Source: Octopus bimaculoides (lineage: Eukaryota). From it: DNA of 64,000 nt. The stretch covers positions 153,684,602-153,748,601 of the forward strand of contig NC_068983.1 of NCBI RefSeq assembly GCF_001194135.2. Direction: 5' to 3'. Made by a program: the position numbers and the translations under genes. The notes beneath the pieces were generated by a model. The model saw only the letters and a list, made by a program, of their open reading frames with translations. It was not told the DNA's origin and did not search any database. Of the stretch, positions 12,768-26,400 are shown one piece after another (within the stretch, counting starts at the first letter, position 1; every line of letters starts with the position of its first letter).

Positions 12768-15274
12768 AGAGAAAGAGAGAGGGAAAGAGAGAGAGACAGA
12801 CAGAAAGTCAAAGGCTTCTGACTACGATAATACATCCTCTTAGGAGCGATGCACAGTACCACAATTTCCGACTCGAGCCAGATATAACAAACTACTCCAC
12901 GTCGTTGCTAACGTATCCACAATAGTGAACTCTGAACGGACAAGTTGGCATTGGCACTGAGTCGTTTATAGAGTAATAATGAAGTCAAGCCAAATAGTAA
13001 TATTTCGAAATTATTTAATACGTACATTTCAGGTTTGCACAATATATAATAGGAAATGCATCCACTGCAGACGACCTTCGTCGGTTAAAACATTTAAAAA
13101 TGTTTCAGCTGGGGAATGTCTTATATTTGCCTGTCTGTCTGTACGTATGTCTGTCTGTATGTCTGTCTGTCTGTCTGTCTGTCTGTATGTATGTATGTAT
13201 GTATGTATGTATGCATGTATGCCTAACAGCATATCATTAGCATTTTTAAACGAACTACATCCTTATTTCTTTCTGCGCCCTTTCGAATAACTTATCATTT
13301 TCGTTATTGCATTTTTGCTTCTTCATATATTCGAGTTTTAAAACCTGCTGTGTTTAGTAAAAGGGATTATGCAATTCAAATGAGATGTTCTACAATGAAA
13401 ATCTTCTCTGGATAATGCACATGAAAGTCGTCTTACAAAACACAAGGTTCTGTATATTGAAAGTATTATTCTGCAAAAATTTCCGCTGAGAAGAGCTTGA
13501 AAATATATCCAATATTATAAAGTTGGTTGAGGAAAACTCTAATCATAAAATGCTTTTGAGTGTCCCAATAACATATAAATGAAACCAAAAAAAAAAGAAA
13601 GTGAAGGAACAAGAAGCAGTCTGAAAACTGCAGATCAAACCACACTCTTCTGTAAACAGAATGCATTGTGCCAACAATCATATTTGAACCCATCGACTAT
13701 TATCAGGTCGAAAAAGGATTATTAGCTCTTTTAGATTATGGAGCTCTCTATTTGGCTCAATGAAGCTTGTCCCATAAAACAGCAAACGGACAGCAGTTGA
13801 CAGAAAAGTAAGTACATTATCTGGAAATTAATCAGCATCAGAAATGTTGTTGTGGGCCATAACAAAAAGCGGTTGAAAATGTTGCTCCATAACACTAAAG
13901 ACTACATACATTACAATGACTATTGCAATGCATTGAAAAACTTTGATGTTATACGAAATAAAGCAATGACGTCTAAACGAAACTGCACGGTTTCATAATA
14001 ATTTTCTGTGAAATCAGATCAATGTTTTTGTATAGGATATGGCGCCATGTATGCACTGCAAAATTACTAAAAACAACAGTTGAAAAATGAACGAAGCATG
14101 AGAATACACATTTCCACATTCTAAATAATACACATTTTAGATTTCAAAATGAAATACGTTAATACATTTGGAAAACAAACTTCATAATCGTATTGCCCGT
14201 AATTTATAGCCTGCGTTAAAACATGCTAGAGGTTTTTTTTTAAAATGTCATTGACAGAGACATCAACACACACAACACCACCTTGTAGAGAATTAACCTT
14301 GATAATTCAACAAAATACACATGAGGGTCAAAAAGAAATTCGTTTCTTGCTCCCCAATATTACCATTTACTCCACACACCGACATACTATTGATATACTG
14401 CAAACAAGCTGCTTCACTACAACGGCAACATATGTACCATCGTCAAATGTCAATCAAATTTCATATTAAATTTCAAATTTCATATTAAAATTCACATAGC
14501 CTTTCATATTAAAATTCAAATAACGTTTACTTGGATGACATCTACTAAAGATACAATATAACTACAAAAAGCAGAATAACTTCTGCCGTACTTAGGCATG
14601 GAATAGCCCACAACCCCCAAAACATGTGTACAGACATGCAAGAAATGTTTTGAAGACTACATAAAATAAAGTTCTCCACGAAAGCTTGAAAATTGTGTTA
14701 ATATTACATTATCAAAATGTTACTCATATTAAAAAAACCTAAATAATGATGTATCCGCAGAATTCATATTCTTAAAACACAATATATATACCTTTTATAC
14801 TTAGAGACGAAGATCCGTAGCATCATCAAAACATACAAACAGGAAAAGCACAATGGAATGAAAATTTGAAGCAATAACGAGAGACCCAAGTCTGTGTTTT
14901 CTGCACATAACAAATATAACTTTATGAAAATAGCAAAAGTTGAGATCATATTTGCTGCATCAGTCTGTTGCTACAAATTCATCTATGAGCACGATTTCAA
15001 ACTTATGTTATGTTCAGCTAAATTTGAATTATTTTCAGATGGAGATCAGTTATGAAAAACAGATCATTCACAAAATTTCGAAGCGTTTTTCAAAGATGTC
15101 CATCAACGCAAACTAAAATTGTAATATAATGACAAAATGAATTTAGAAAAAGAAATATTCAAATAAATTGTTATATCTATAATTAAAGCAATTTTATCTG
15201 CGTTAAATGTCAAAACAACATTGCTCTGAATGTTTGACGATAATCAAAAAGAAACGTAAATATATTAGTACAAT

Positions 15275-15470
<196 letters not shown>

Positions 15471-16439
15471 TCCGCCCATATACACAACTTTCCATGCACG
15501 CACACGTCGACGCACGCACATACACAAATGCATGTGCTGTATTATCATATATATATACGCGTGTGTGTGTTTTTACGCATACACATATACTTGATTACAG
15601 CCACAAAACGCATATATATATATGTGTGTGTGTGCATGTGTGTGTGTGCGCGTGCGTGTGTTTGTGTTTGTGTATGTGTATGTTTTATAGAAGTATGTGC
15701 GTTTGCATTTTGCTGGATTTTTATGTATAGATTTGAACGTGTCCATGTACCTGACTTGGTTGTGAGAACGTATACGAATGTAAATTTAATGAAAATAGTA
15801 GAACGTAAAAAATGGAGCGTGTTTAATGCAATGCTTATGTCACATTGCACACAAAGTTACTGAATTGGAAAGAAACTTTTTCATCTCTCTTATTTAACAA
15901 CAGAGTTTTATTCAAAATGTATCTTGTTAAAAACCAGCTAGCATAAACATAACATTGGAAAATGGATAACAACGTTACGGTCTAGAAACTCACCAATTAT
16001 GTTAACCTCTTAAATAATAATGACTTGAAATTTTAGCTTGCTACATCGATTATGTTGTGGTCTGTATGTACTATATCTAGAGTGCAGAACATGATTATTT
16101 TCCAGTACATGTAGCAAATGTTTTGGGAGACTATTTAGGTCCTTAAAAGAAAAACAATGAAAAAATTAACTATTCAGTTTACGTGAAATATAAATTCATA
16201 TACAATTTTAAATATGTAAAACATCATCTGTTAAGGAATAAGCATGCTCTTGAATTATTTCATTCAGCACTATTTGGAAAAACAACATTTTTTCTTAATT
16301 AGTTGCCAAGTCACGAGGCAGGATTCTTTCACATAAAATCAACCCTACGACCAGCAACTTTGTGCATATCTTCGATATTACAAAGATTATGATTATTTTC
16401 ATATAACACCCGCAAATTAGATTATTGGAAAATAAAATA

Positions 16440-17600
16440 TCCTAACATCGGGTTACGACACGTAACCTTTGATGCCAACAACCCTCCTAAGTATCATAGC
16501 TGTCCCTAATAGCAGTGTTTTCTGTGGCTGTATTAAACTAGGTTTAATGCCTATTTTCTCTATCCATCTGTTCACATCTTTAGGGATAGTTCCCAATGCA
16601 CCCATAACTGCTGGGATACATTTTACCCACATTTTCGATAGTCTCTGTAATTCAATGGCTTGGTCCTGATACTTTGTTATTTTTTCTCTATCTCTCATAT
16701 TGATTTTTCATCATTTGGGACTGTAAATCGACTATCTGTTACATTCTGTTTTCTTTATCTATTACTACTAAATCAGGCTTTCTAGCTTCTATTACTCTGT
16801 CAGTCTGAATGTTAAAGTCCCACAACATGTTGTATTTCTTACTTTCTAGTACTTTACTAGGTTCATGTTCATACCATTCATTAGCATGTTCAAAATCTTA
16901 GCTTTCTACATAACTCCCAGTGGATTACTTTCCTTAGGTTGTCAGGCGTTTTCTTATATTCTTTCTCTGCCAGCACGATACATCCTATTTGAGTAACGCT
17001 TTCCTCTTTTGATTTGCATAACCTACATTGCAAACCTACTTGGTTTTTGTTTATCTTAGTTGTTATCCCAGTAGTCCTTAATGCTTGACCTTGTGTAGCT
17101 CCTACCAAATTTCTCTCTCCCTTTCCAGCTTTCCTTTCTGTAAACATAGCCATGTCTCACCGCCACTATTCGCTGCAACTATGTTTAGGAATCTTTGTAA
17201 CACATTTTTGAACCTAGGTACTTTCGAATTGCTTAGTGTCTATCTTGGATGTGTAATATACTTTTATCCTTTCAATGTATAAAAAATGTATAATGTACTT
17301 TTTTTCTCCATTTCAAGCAATAGAAAGCATTTGACAACTATTAGTACGTAGTAGATGTCCCTCTGCAGTTGGTTTTTTCTCCGTTCATCGTAGATAGATT
17401 TTCTTGATGAACATAGAACTTCAATGGTGAGTGAGTTTGACCGCCATCAGATGGGAATACCTTCCAAATTCGCGATATAGACGGAGCTGCGAGCCTCAGT
17501 CAATCAAACACAATGATTGTGCGTCAAGTTCCTGGAATACGGGTAAGTACTTACAGTTCACGTCCAGTTTGCCAATGAAGTCAATGATGGATAAAAATTT
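16440..17600 (-). mobile_element. R4/Dong-like non-LTR retrotransposon, 3' portion, decayed
   Basis: ORFs 16890..17153 and 16453..16698: GATQGQALRT, CCHC knuckle CRLCKSKEESVTQIGC...EYKK, KPD restriction-like endonuclease region, EKITKYQD.AIELQRL...MGALGTIPK...QKTLLLGTA.ILRRV. Weaker RT-thumb similarity (ID* for IDW, KIYLR*TE) extends to about 17600. Confidence 0.85.
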
Positions 17601-20111
17601 GCATTCTGCTGAGAAATAGTGAGGTCAAAGAATATAAACTGAACAGGTAATTTTGAAAAAAAACGTTATGTCTGTGGGGCGGATATGTAATCTGCAAATT
17701 ACTTCCTGTTATTTCTTTGTTTGAAGAAGAATATTAAAGTGACAATCACGGAAAGTTTTCAGCTTGTATCGTACAAGATTCGTGGCGAGCAGAAAATATT
17801 CCACCACTCCTTTTTATCATAATTTAGTTAGATATTAATGTGGATTAACATATCCTTACTGAAAGAATTACAGAAATTAATCAAGATTAGTTATGATTTT
17901 TGAGCGTGTATGTATGCGTTGCACTTTGTCTAGTAGATGTATTTCTGAATATAATTCACTTATCTCTATATAATATGTTAATAATTGTCCCTTTCCTTAA
18001 GATTGCTAGAGTTCATTCGTGTAATTCGAAAATTCATAGCAAATACTGCATTGCATTTCTACAATTTATGTGCATATTATTTTTATTATTAGTTGCTTTT
18101 CCTTACAGCTTAGAAATAAAGGTCATCGAGAGACAAAAAATATATAAATAAATAAACGAAACTAATGTTTGTCTTCTTGCAACATTTATTTCCGGAAGCA
18201 GCAGGTGTTAACGCGAAACTGATAAGAAGGGCAGAAAGGTGGTCCTTTTAAATATTTCTTATCCATTAGGGATGTTTTGTTATTATTCTGTTTTGTTTTT
18301 ATATCTGCATATGTTACCATTTATAAAGGATATTTTGTATCTTTCTTATTTTGTTTTTTACAACTGATAACCTATTCATGAATAATATTTCTAAACTCTA
18401 TGTAGGGAAAAATTTCCAAAAGGCATATCACAGGTATTTTTTCTGCATTTTCTAAAGTTGTCGCTTATGGCTTTGATACCAATTAATTAAAAGGATATGA
18501 ACATTTGCGACATTCCATTATTTCTTCTAAAAGTGATTTTGTTCAGGTCATATATTCTATACAATATTATTACATTATGATGTTTGCATACTGTAGACAT
18601 ATACGACATAAGCAAATAGATTTAGGGATTTGCTCTTAGAGTTGAACCGTCACAGTGTTTTCTATTTCCGTGTTCTATGTGGATCTTTGAATGGTTCAAC
18701 GCAAACATATACCCACAGTTGGTGTGTGCAACCTTCAGCAGTTGTTACCAATAATTTCGTCTGTGATAATCCTTCCGCTTTCGTTGCTTCTCTCCAAAGT
18801 TCACCCACTCTTTTGCTTTAGGCGATTCATTGATTTCTCTTTTGATTTTTCTTCGATTCTTGATACACTCAGTTTTGTTGTTTGAAAGAATCATTGTTGA
18901 TTAAAATAATAATGGATTCCTTACGGTAGACGAGATAAACTGGCTTTAGACATTGTTTGAATTTGGGAACAGTATTTAAGTTAGCTTTTGTTATATTTCG
19001 TTTCTGTAGCTACTACACTTCATGTTTATTTTTATTTGTATGTTGACGTTTATGATTTTTTGGATGATTGAGTTACACTGTGTCGTTACTATCGCAGCCT
19101 GTATGTTTACTATACAGACGGTTTCATTGGGTTCTGCAATTTTGTATGTGCCTATTTTCCCTTATGAGTCTGTCGCGTATATACTTTGGCATCATTCTGC
19201 AGGTATTGATGTGAGCTTCTAATTTCACAAAGTGAATCATGAATTTGTTTGTATAATGATGTTGTTATTGAAAACGTCTATTTCGCAATGAAGCTATCTT
19301 TAACGGTGTAAGCTGTTGAGCAATAGGATCGTTTTTATATATCTTTAACCTTTAACAATTTCCAAAATTCGCGCATTTTAAACTTTGTTCAGTTTCACGT
19401 ATTTTATTTTGCCTGAATATATTATCCAATATACACGCAGATCAGTGTTGCTCTTTCCAGGTGTTTAGCTTTTATTTTCTAATTAACAGTGTTATTTCTT
19501 AACACTACTTATCGGTGGTTAGTGACATCATGTTCGATGCACGATTGATATTAGTAATTAGCAATACAGTTTCAGGCAATGTATTATTGTCTTATTGATC
19601 ATCCTGGTGGTTTTTCATATGATTTAATATCATTTTTTTAATCAACGCAAGTGTATATTTTCGGAGAAATAGCAACAATTATAGGATCTGAATCTTCGCA
19701 TTCCAAATACAGCTGATCAATTATAAAGTTACAGTAAGTCTGCACGTAAAATGTGAGTGGCAACTCATGTAAATAGTGGGTTACTAGGAGGCATGTGATA
19801 ATGTAATTTCAATTGTTTGTATTTTTGTCGGGATTGTAGATGTCAAATTATGTACGTTCATATGACATACATCATGTATAAAAAAAAAATCAATTTTATA
19901 GTTTGTAAATTGCTTTTACAATTGTACTGTTACTGGCCAATTAATTCTGTGTTTAAGACGTTCGTTTCGCTACTTCATGTAGATAGAAATTCACGAAAAT
20001 TGTGTCGTCAAATCGCATAAATCACATAATAGTGTACGCTATAAGACATGATCAGCTGACTGAATGCGTCACTCAGTGAAACACCACTATTTGATCGTTG
20101 AGAGCTTTTAC

Positions 20112-20182
20112 CTGATGCTGTTTATGTGCAAGCATTGGAGTAATATCATTGGGATTAAGAGAACTGTTTCCCTTCTTTCCAT
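20112..20182 (-). CDS. candidate first coding exon with signal-peptide-like translation (unverified)
   Basis: ATG at 20182, MERRETVLLIPMILLQCLHINSI, donor CAG|GTAAAA at 20112/20111; TATAAAA at 20514-20508 upstream. No downstream in-phase exon found. Confidence 0.15.
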
Positions 20183-20241
20183 GCGTAATGGTTGTCCTGA
20201 AGTGAAACTAATCGTTCAAAAGTAATGTATATGTGTGTGTG

Positions 20242-20242
<1 letters not shown>

Positions 20243-20291
<49 letters not shown>

Positions 20292-20295
20292 AGAC
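20243..20295. repeat. (AG)n microsatellite
   Basis: Direct reading. Confidence 0.95.
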
Positions 20296-21023
20296 AGACA
20301 AACAGAAAGACAGGAAGTCAGAGATGTAAATTTTTCAATCTCGTTTTGTGGTATTGTTTATTCTTTAACGATGCTAAGAGTCAAGTGCTCAGTGTGTTAT
20401 GATTATATATCTAAACACGGGTGTGGATGCGGATGTGCGTGTGTGTGTGCACGAATCTATGCTCTGTGTGTGTGTATGTGTGTGGGTGTTAGTTTTGACT
20501 TTTTCCGTTTTATATGTCACTTCTCATCAAATTTAAATTCACATTTAAAGAAACACGTTGGCCGTGTTGTTTTATTTTGTTTCTCATGAATACTTGTGAC
20601 GTAAAAGGGATGCTTAAATGAAATTATTTAGTTCAATACTGATTTGTGACAAAGATCTTTGCTGTTATATGCCCAGTGTAATTTGCTAATGTAATAAATA
20701 CAACGATCGTACTTTATATTTGCCATATAAAAAACGTTGAACAACTATAAATGTTAAACAGGAAATATGCGTGACAGTCACAGCCTTCCTTGTCATATTT
20801 TGCTATGGTTTGTGATGTATTTATATTACTGTATATATTATGTATATATTATGCTTGTGTATTGTTGGAGTGTAATTTTATTTGGAAGTTCTTTTTTCCT
20901 GCATGAAAATTATTTTTCCCCTTTCTTCACGCTATATATCTAATTGCATTCTTATATGAGCCATACATTTTGACGAAAGTGATCTCCCGATTGACGTTTT
21001 ACCAGTGAATTTTTCTCTTTCAG

Positions 21024-21074
21024 CTGTTGCACAGTATGTCGTTGGCCCTAAATTTTCAAACAGTTTAAACATTG
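21024..21074 (+). CDS. candidate 51-nt internal exon (phase 1-1), product unknown
   Basis: Acceptor aatttttctctttcag|, donor TTG|GTGAGT, single open frame (A)VAQYVVGPKFSNSLNI; no homology recognised. Confidence 0.3.
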
Positions 21075-21239
21075 GTGAGTGAAGATCAAGGAAAATGTGG
21101 ATCATTTTCCTGACTGTTAGGTTTGCGTTGCTTAACTTAGCGTTTTCTACAGCGTGTGCAATTTCTTGTTGGTTAATAGATCTGGGTTTTCATCGCCAAC
21201 TTGACTTAAAACTTTGTGGCAATCACTGTGGAGCATGGA

Positions 21240-21274
<35 letters not shown>

Positions 21275-21648
21275 GTCTCAGGAAGCATGTTGTATTTAAT
21301 TCTTTGTTGTTTTGTTTCGTGTATATATTCATCGAGTAGATCCAACACAAATCACAGCTGATTATTACTAACGTTATGAAATACGTGTTTTCTCATGCTG
21401 TAATCATCATGAGAGACACCTAAAATTCCCCACCATCTACCAATATTATTCTCTGTCACGTGATTGTCCATAGAAGCAGGACAACAAAATTGTATATTGA
21501 TTCAGTATTACTGAATATTGTAGGAAGTGCATAATTTTTTCCGTGCAAGTTTATATTGCGTTCCAATACTATTATTATAACGGATGTACCTATTCATGCT
21601 AAACACATTAACGGAAATACGGTGAAAAAGTTTCATTTTGTTTTACAG

Positions 21649-21740
21649 GTAGCACATCAGTTACACGAGAAAAGCAACCGGATTTTTGGCCGAAACATAT
21701 TAGGACAGACTGTTACGAGTCTTCTTCTTTTAGTGGCTGA
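21649..21740 (+). CDS. candidate terminal exon, product unknown
   Basis: Acceptor tttcattttgttttacag|; in phase with 21024-21074 gives GSTSVTREKQPDFWPKHIRTDCYESSSFSG*; AATAAA near 21958. Confidence 0.2.
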
Positions 21741-22490
21741 ACAAAATATTTGAATATTCTTTGATTAATAGCTTTTATATTAGCTTAGAATATATTTCTC
21801 TATAAATTGTGAGCAGCTGCAAGACCCATAAGAATATATCCTCTCCCGATCGGTATCAGCATACATCTGGATGCTGAAGTAAATATGATCATAAAGATAT
21901 CAATATATCAATATCGAATTATACTGAATATATACTCGTATTGTCCATAAAGTCTATAATAAATACGCAAAATTCGATATCTAAATCTCCTGTCGTTGTG
22001 TATACAAAGTGACGTGAGTAATTCTATTAAACACTGTGGGTATCAACATATTTATTCCAATCAGATATCTATCCTTAGATAATCTTTATAAGACATATCG
22101 ATTTCTAACTTTGAAATAAAGATGCCCATTGTTAGAGAAGTAGATTGGGAGTACACGAGAGTTCATTTCTTTTCTTTCTCAAAGGCAGTATCACTGAAAC
22201 AATCTACCGTCGACTCTGAAACGGAAGCTTCTTCAACATTCAGAATACAAGGCAGCCTTTGACAATAGGATATAAAACAGGTATCTCTTTTAATAACTTA
22301 TGCTACATGTGTGTGTGTTTGTGAGTATGTGTATGGGTCGGCCTATGTGAATTTTGAATGTGTGTGTATGCGCGTGTTAGAAAATGGAAATAAATAAACG
22401 TTAAGTCGTGTCAGTTGTAGAAATAGAACTTAGCATACGTAAAATGTCTGTATGAACATATGAACATTATGTTTACTGTTGCTGTTGGTT

Positions 22491-22537
22491 TGATGATGAT
22501 GATGATGATGATGATGACGGCGATGATGATGATGATG

Positions 22538-22596
<59 letters not shown>

Positions 22597-22597
22597 T
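22491..22597. repeat. (GAT)n grading into (AAT)n trinucleotide microsatellite
   Basis: Direct reading. Confidence 0.95.
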
Positions 22598-23165
22598 GTG
22601 AGGAAGCGAATGAAAGTTGAAGAAGCAAATGAAGTCAAAGTTAAATGGTCCGAATCTAGTGAAGGTTTTAAATACTTGGGTAGTATCATAACTTAGATAC
22701 TCAGCAACATTTGTAGATTGGGCAAAAAAATGAACTAGCAAAGTCAAACAGAAGTCGGAAGGAATTCCATATGAATGGAGGAATCCACCCATGGGCAGCA
22801 GTGGCAACATTACACTTACAAAGAAAGGAAGGTGGAAGAGTATTAATATTAGTAAAGACTGCATGAATGAAGCCAGAGTAGATATGGACTCCTATGTAGG
22901 TAACAGTGAACACATTTTATTAAGAGTTGCTTGAGCCACAGCGTGTCAGATGGAAACCAAAAATCCAAATGAAGTTAAAAAGCAAAAAAGTTATTTGACT
23001 GACAAGAGAAGGCGTTGCATGGTAGATTCTCAAAGATAGGTTCAGCAAATAGTAGTAGTGAGACATGATGATAGTTATAGAAAGGAAAGCTGAAAAGGGA
23101 GACATAAAGTTTGCTAGTAGCAGCACAAGATCAAGAACTAAGACGTAATTGGATAAAAGGTAAGT
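22598..23165 (+). mobile_element. R4/Dong-like RT C-terminal fragment, decayed
   Basis: GFKYLGS, RYSATFVDW, MNGGIHP...LHLQRKEGGR, KGKLKRET...LLVAAQDQELRRNWIKG across frameshifts. Confidence 0.8.
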
Positions 23166-23286
23166 CGGCCCTTCATTAATTTTTCTTACTCTCAAGGTCA
23201 CTGTTGCTGCTGTTCACTGCTAGTAGTAATAGACATTTGAACATTTTTTGACCGATAGGATCCCATCCCACTCCAAAAAAATTACA

Positions 23287-23484
23287 CGAAGAAGAAGAAG
23301 AAGAAGAAGAAGAAGAAGAAGAAGAAGAAGAAGAAGAAAAAGAAGAAGAAGAAGAAGAAGAAGAAGAAGAAGAAGAAGANNNNNNNNNNAAGAAGAAGAA
23401 GAAGAAGAAGAAGAAAAAGAAGAAGAAGAAGAAGAAGAAGAAGAAGAAGAAGAAGAAGAAGAAGAAGAAGAAGAAGAAGAAGAA
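23287..23484. repeat. (AAG)n microsatellite with a 10-N gap
   Basis: Direct reading; N at 23380-23389. Confidence 0.95.
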
Positions 23485-23529
23485 ACGTAAATTTACCATT
23501 TTACAGTACCATTTCTTTATTTATCCCCA

Positions 23530-23900
23530 CTTACCAGTTTATTCGGGCTGTGTCATGGAGGCAAACACTTTAGAACAGCTGCCTTGAGCACTCTCTGTTT
23601 CCTTTACATTTTTCTGAATACATCATGATACAGTCCCAACAATAATCGGCACTCTTTTCACCTTTTTTCCTTTTCCATAGTCAGGCGATCTCTTCTGAAC
23701 TATTGGTGTGTCAATAAGGCATGCAACATAAATTGTAGAACACACGTCGTTATCTGTGCACCACAACCAAGTCCGGCTTGTTGCGCTGAAACACCAAGTT
23801 CAATTGGATTAGAAAATCGTACAGGATTTTGGAAGCCTCTGGTTCAGCCACTGTGTGGTTTGCGTTCTTACCACGTCTGGCCTCTCACTAATCCCACTTT
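23530..23900 (-). mobile_element. R4/Dong-like restriction-like endonuclease fragment, decayed
   Basis: Minus strand KILYDFLIQLNLVFQRNKPDLVVVH (23830-23756) matches the ILWDF.IQ...KPD motif; LWK...VPIIVG follows. Confidence 0.7.
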
Positions 23901-23914
23901 CCACAAATAATAAT

Positions 23915-24042
23915 GGTTCCAAGTTTTGCCACAAGGGCAGCCACTTGGGGGTGGGGATAAGTCGATTACGTTGACGCCAGTTTTTCACTGGTACCTATTT
24001 TATCGATCTGGAAAGGATGAAAGGCAAAGTCGACCTCAGCGC
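23915..24042 (-). mobile_element. SINE family A 3' fragment
   Basis: 'ggaaaggatgaaaggcaaagtcgacctcagcg' body matches other copies. Confidence 0.75.
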
Positions 24043-26177
24043 AGAAAGCAAGTATTTGAATTTGAAAGGATACCACTCACGACATACAGTTGAAGTAAAT
24101 GGAAACGATTTATTACTTGCGGGAAATGGAAACATTCGATTGGATCTGAAAATATGCTCAGCTCCTATGTGAGTCACACGGTATTAATAAGTGTGCAAGC
24201 TTGAAACAGAGTAAGGCAAGCTTGAAACAGAATGGAGTTTCATATTCTAAGGGTTCTGTTCATCGCATTTACCAATGCAGCATATTGCTTTGAATTAATA
24301 CAGAAATATTTTGAGAAAATTGTATTAAGAAAATTCATCGCTTCCAGAATGGTCTCTTCTTGAGATATGCAACGCTATTTTCTTATTAAACACATTTCAA
24401 ATAGCCATCCATTGAAAGGGTTTTCATAAGCTAATAACCTTTTAATTTTACCACTTCACAAACACGATTCACGGTGTGCCAAAATAAATAAATAGATACC
24501 TAAATAAATAACTAATAGAAAATGAAATTAAATCAACGAATTTAAATTTTTAACTAAATTAGTCTACGGATATCTCTAAGGATTCATGCGGTCATCAAAG
24601 CAAGTCTTTGTTGAAAAAGAATAGCTTAAGAAAAACAACAAATGAAAAAGACAGCAATAATAATAATAATAATAACAACAATAATAATAATATCAATTAA
24701 TAATTAATAAATATGGAGGCCAAATGATTGTACTGTCATCTTTACAACCAAACATTAATTCCGAAAATTTTCACAGCAAACTCTTCCACAGCCAACTGTT
24801 GTTAGGATATTAAAATTAATTACTCTTCAATTTTTTCGACCTTCAACTTTATCAAGCTTCACCCAGAAACACAAAATAAGGCGAAGAAAATAGATAAATG
24901 CAAAGAGACTTTAATGTTCCTTAAGTGATTTTGATTTTGAAAAAAAAAAAACGTTTTCATTCTAAATTCCCATTTAATTATAATTTATTTCAATTTTAGT
25001 TATCTTTTTTAAGCATTCGTTTTTTAGTTTTCTTACGCCCATGTTTGTTTTCTGTCATCTTCTTTGATATTTCATATACTACTAATCAATCTTTTTGCTA
25101 ATGCAACCTTTTCTTTCATCGTATAAACCGAATAGAATAACAAAAACAGATTACATTAATATAAGTGAATAAAAATATTAAAATGTGTGCATGAACTTTC
25201 TCAATGGTAAAATGGGGAGAAGTAAGAAAATATTTTTAGAAAGTCAGTTTGCGTGTGTATTTCTAAGCTTGTTTTATTTTTCTTTCTGCAAAAAGAGCGA
25301 ATGATCCACAAGATGATTTTTTTAATTATTAATTCTTGAAATTTCATACATGATAGTGTGCTGTTTAAGTGTCTGTTTATTATTTATAACTTGATTTTAA
25401 ATCTCATACTGAAAAACGTACTTCATTTCCCGTTTTATCAGCAAAATTCTTTTCACGTTTGTGATATAGTGATTTTAAAAGCGAGCTTTCACTTTTTTTT
25501 ATTCTCCCTTTTTTGAATTCCATGGCAATATTTCAAATAAACATGTTACAATTTTAGTCAATTTTGATCTCTGTTTTATGGATTTTACAATTATTTCCAA
25601 ACAAATCAATTCAGTCAAAAGTTGCTATTTATTTCATGATAAATTTTATAAAATGTTAAAGTATATTTTTAACGCTATACTTGACAGAACATTTTGATAT
25701 TTTAATAGTATACAGGGAAACTATAAATTAGAGTAGAACTTTATTGACATATTACATGACTGAGATGCATACAGATGGAATTTTTTCGATTTGAAACACG
25801 TATGGTTAACATTCTGTTTGTCACTCATTATCCAATTGTGTTTGCATCGTAACAAGAACAAAAGATATCTTCAAATTATGTTTCATGAAGTATCTTAGTG
25901 TCCGTTTTAGCATGAGTCAGCACATTTAAATATATATTACTTTCACACGAAATCACACATTTTGTGATATTCATATGTAGATATATTTTACTGAGCGATT
26001 TACTTCTTACAATTTTCGGTTAGGGATAGGTACTTTCTTGTTTATATGCTGAAATTTAAGGCCGGAGTAGGAATTAAAAATATCATCCGTTATTGTCACT
26101 TCATACCATCCATATATTTTAGTATTATACTTAGAGTATGCATTAATATACCTGTCTAGTTGTAAAGTGAGTTACCT

Positions 26178-26400
26178 AGTGGCTACAGTGTTGCACTCAT
26201 TGTCGTATGGTCGTGGCTTCCAGACCTAGACTGACGGCTGTGGTGTACCCTTGAGCAAGGCACTTCATCTGATACTATAACTATGGCTGAACACTAAAGA
26301 GCAGATGTGCAGCCTCTCTCGCTTCAGCTGTCACATCCCTGATGTTCATCTCAGTCATGATTGCGAGGATCGAGACTGTATCTATATGTGTACGCAACTA
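26178..26400 (+). mobile_element. old tRNA-headed SINE with CORE-like block
   Basis: 'tagtggctacagtgttgcactc' head remnant followed by 'cccttgagcaaggcacttcatc', resembling the conserved SINE central block. Confidence 0.4.

Noticed and set aside
14700-14990. hAT (Charlie-like) dimerisation-domain remnant on minus strand (LLLQIFIPLCFSCLY...SKYKR)
   Set aside because: Similarity too weak to support by eye; needs a profile search.
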